A DNA stretch of 64,000 bases from Anthoceros angustus. Taxonomy: Eukaryota > Plantae > Anthocerotophyta. Numbering within the stretch: position 1 is the first letter of the stretch; every line of letters begins with the position of its first letter. Position numbers and translations under genes: made by a program. Shown piece after piece: positions 61,301 to 64,000 of this stretch. The notes under the pieces are model-generated. The model was given only the letters and a program-made list of their open reading frames with translations. It had not been told where the DNA came from and searched no databases. The stretch covers positions 1,922,001-1,986,000 of the forward strand of contig MU008160.1 in NCBI GenBank assembly GCA_010909165.1. The letters are read 5' to 3'.

Positions 61301-64000
61301 TCTCAGAGATCCTCGTTCCTGATGCGCTATGCCCACCCCGGCTGGAGGACCGCCCACGCCCTCCCTCCCTGCGCGCCCGATTACTACGATTGAAGGCATT
61401 TGGCGGAGTGGGAAGAGGCGCTGAGGAAGGCACTTGGAACGGTGTGCAGGCGAGTTCGGTTAGGAGGAGAGGCGGGACAGTACCGGAAGTGTCAACTCAG
61501 CCGTGAGAAGGGAGGAGAGGAGACAATTGAAGGAAGTAGCCGAGGGAAGATCCGAACGGGTAATGAAGAGGGTGGAGGAGTTGACGATCAACCGTGAAGG
61601 ATAAAGAACGCGAAGGCGGCCACCACGGTCCGGACTCATCTGTGGTGTGCGGTGTCACCAACATGGGCATTCAAGGCCAACGCGCCTCCGCACTGCTGGA
61701 ACTGTGGAGTATGACTACGGGGAAGAGTCCGAGGAACGGAGGACGATACCAAGTGCAAGAAGCACACCACCGGGCCCCAGATCCCAAGACGATGTACCCA
61801 CGGCACCATCCGTGCATCGACTGGCGCAAGACGCATGGGAGCCCCTCCAGAATTCTCGTGGCGGCGGTCTCTGGAACCGGGAACCGCACTACTCCAACGC
61901 TGGCCCATACCCCACCCAAGGCAACGGGACTTTGAACGCCTGTGGAGATTGAAGGTGCGGTGGCACATGGCAAGACTGTGTCCGAATCCTCGCTCGAGAC
62001 GCCACGCCACCCTGGGAGCCGCGACCGCCACGCCCTCCCTAAGCGGCGATTGAAGACGCACTGAGGGAAGAGGCGCCAGGAACTTGAACGAGGTGGTACA
62101 AGCAAGTTCGCTAAGGAGGAGAAGGGCGACTGAGGTACCGGAAGTGTCAACCCGGTCCAAAAGGAGCGAAGGAGAGGAGACAATTAAGAGGAAGAAAAAT
62201 GGGATAGTCCAATGGATATGGAGGGCCAGGACACACTGGGAAGGACGGCTCCGGCTAAGAAAGGCGAAGGTTCGTCGTGCAACTCTCGAGGAAGCAATGT
62301 GAAGCCCGGAAGCGTTAGGAAAGCGGACTCCCAAGGCAACACCGGTTCCCCGGATGTGGTCGGGAAGTGGCGAGATGCTTGAGGAAGAAGAGATCCAGGA
62401 CCCGGAGGTGGTCCAGGCCACCACGCAGTCCGGACTCATCATGGTGTGCGGTGTGTCACCAACATGGGCATTCGAGGCTAAGCGCCTCGGACCCGTGAAC
62501 CGGTGGAGTGCGACTACGGGGAAGAGTCAGAGGCGGTGGAGGATACCAAGTGCAAGAAGCACCACGGGGCGCGGTATCCCAGCGATGTACCCACGGTGGG
62601 CCATCCGTGCATCGACCTCCGTCTGACACCCGCAGGAGCCCCTCCGAATTCTCGGGCGGTGGTCTGTGGGCTGGGAACCCGGGCACTACTCCAAGCGTGT
62701 CCATACCCCACTCGGCAAGGCAGGGGACTTTGAGCGCTGTGTGGAGATTGTGGCGGCGGGGCACAGGTACCTTGTGAATCCTCGCTCGACGTGCGCTCGC
62801 CACCCGAGGCGACCGCCTCGCCTCCCTCCCTAAGGCGCCCGTGCTACAATTGAAGGCTGGTGGCGGAGTGGGAAGAGGCGGAGAACTTGGAGCAGGTGAG
62901 CAAGCGAGTTCGGAGGAGAAGGCGGACACTCTGGAAGTGTCAACCCGGCCGAGGAGGCGAAGGAGAGAGCAGTTTAAGAGGAAGAAAAATGGGATAGTCC
63001 ACGGATACGGAGGACGGACACACAGGAAGGCGGCCCGCTAAGGAAGGCGAGTTAAATCGGGCAGCTCTGGGAGAAGCAGCCAAAAGCCAGTCGTTAGGAG
63101 CGGACTCACCCAGGCAACACCCGGTTCCCGGATGTGGTCGAAGTGGCGGAGATGCTTGAGAAGAATCAGCGGGACCCAGTGGTCCCCACCACCAGGCGGT
63201 GGCGGAGCTGGAAGAGTCAAAGGCGGCGTGATGGAGAGAGCCACCCGCCTTTCAAGGTGGCCGACTTGATGATGGATCAACAACACTTGGTGTCACTTAG
63301 GCGTTGTTAAAAGACAACCCAGTATCGGCGAAGTCCAGGAGGCCATCAGAGACACAACCACGAAACTCCTTGGGCGGAAGGTCAAACGTGGAGGTAAGGT
63401 AGTATCTCATACGGACTGAGGCGCCAGTGGTTCGTAGAAATTGCTGGGTGTGATTAAGAAGCACCACGGGGCGCGGTATCCCAGCGATGTACCCACGGTG
63501 GGCCATCCGTGCATCGACCTCCGTCTGACACCCGCAGGAGCCCCTCCGAATTCTCGGGCGGTGGTCTGTGGGCTGGGAACCCGGGCACTACTCCAAGCGT
63601 GTCCATACCCCACTCGGCAAGGCAGGGGACTTTGAGCGCTGTGTGGAGATTGTGGCGGCGGGGCACAGGTACCTTGTGAATCCTCGCTCGACGTGCGCTC
63701 GCCACCCGAGGCGACCGCCTCGCCTCCCTCCCTAAGGCGCCCGTGCTACAATTGAAGGCTGGTGGCGGAGTGGGAAGAGGCGGAGAACTTGGAGCAGGTG
63801 AGCAAGCGAGTTCGGAGGAGAAGGCGGACACTCTGGAAGTGTCAACCCGGCCGAGGAGGCGAAGGAGAGAGCAGTTTAAGAGGAAGAAAAATGGGATAGT
63901 CCACGGATACGGAGGACGGACACACAGGAAGGCGGCCCGCTAAGGAAGGCGAGTTAAATCGGGCAGCTCTGGGAGAAGCAGCCAAAAGCCAGTCGTTAGG
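58387..64000 (+). mobile_element. Degenerate retroelement region: TCCGGA-rich LTR/UTR-like segment, gag-like ORF fragments and repeated zinc-knuckle modules
   Basis: LKDAFLERFRGIDQEGYVL…HIERFYAL (gag-like, ~60350-60490). CxxCHQHGH knuckle-like units recur at ~60975, ~61645 and ~62445. 62553-63098 is duplicated exactly at 63456-64000. Confidence 0.55.

Overview
Eukaryotic nuclear DNA from a green plant. A non-flowering streptophyte is the likely source (inference): introns are short (~80-150 bp), several proteins carry plastid transit peptides, and RNC1 and an alpha2delta-like Cache/vWA gene are present. Gene-rich blocks hold a GDSL lipase, SURF6/RRP14 head-to-head with RPS12, purM, RNC1, a secreted bacterial-type right-handed beta-helix protein, an XRCC4 pseudogene, the Cache-vWA receptor-like gene and an intronless purF. 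They alternate with decayed LRR/LRR-RLK genes and TEs (Ty1/copia fragment, CRE-like non-LTR element, gag-like repeats). The main finding is a fully delimited ~11.9 kb DNA transposon at 46108-57994 with 24-bp TIRs (23/24 identical) and a TTAA target-site duplication. It carries a DDE transposase on the + strand and, divergently, an intron-containing gene fusing a ParB/Srx-like domain to a prokaryote-type beta-class N6-adenine/N4-cytosine DNA methyltransferase. Introns of both genes share GC-rich palindromic repeats. Many frameshifts in TE regions fall at CAG/CTG and may be basecalling errors at methylated CHG, so the element may be intact. All family assignments come from motif recognition by eye; no database searches were run.
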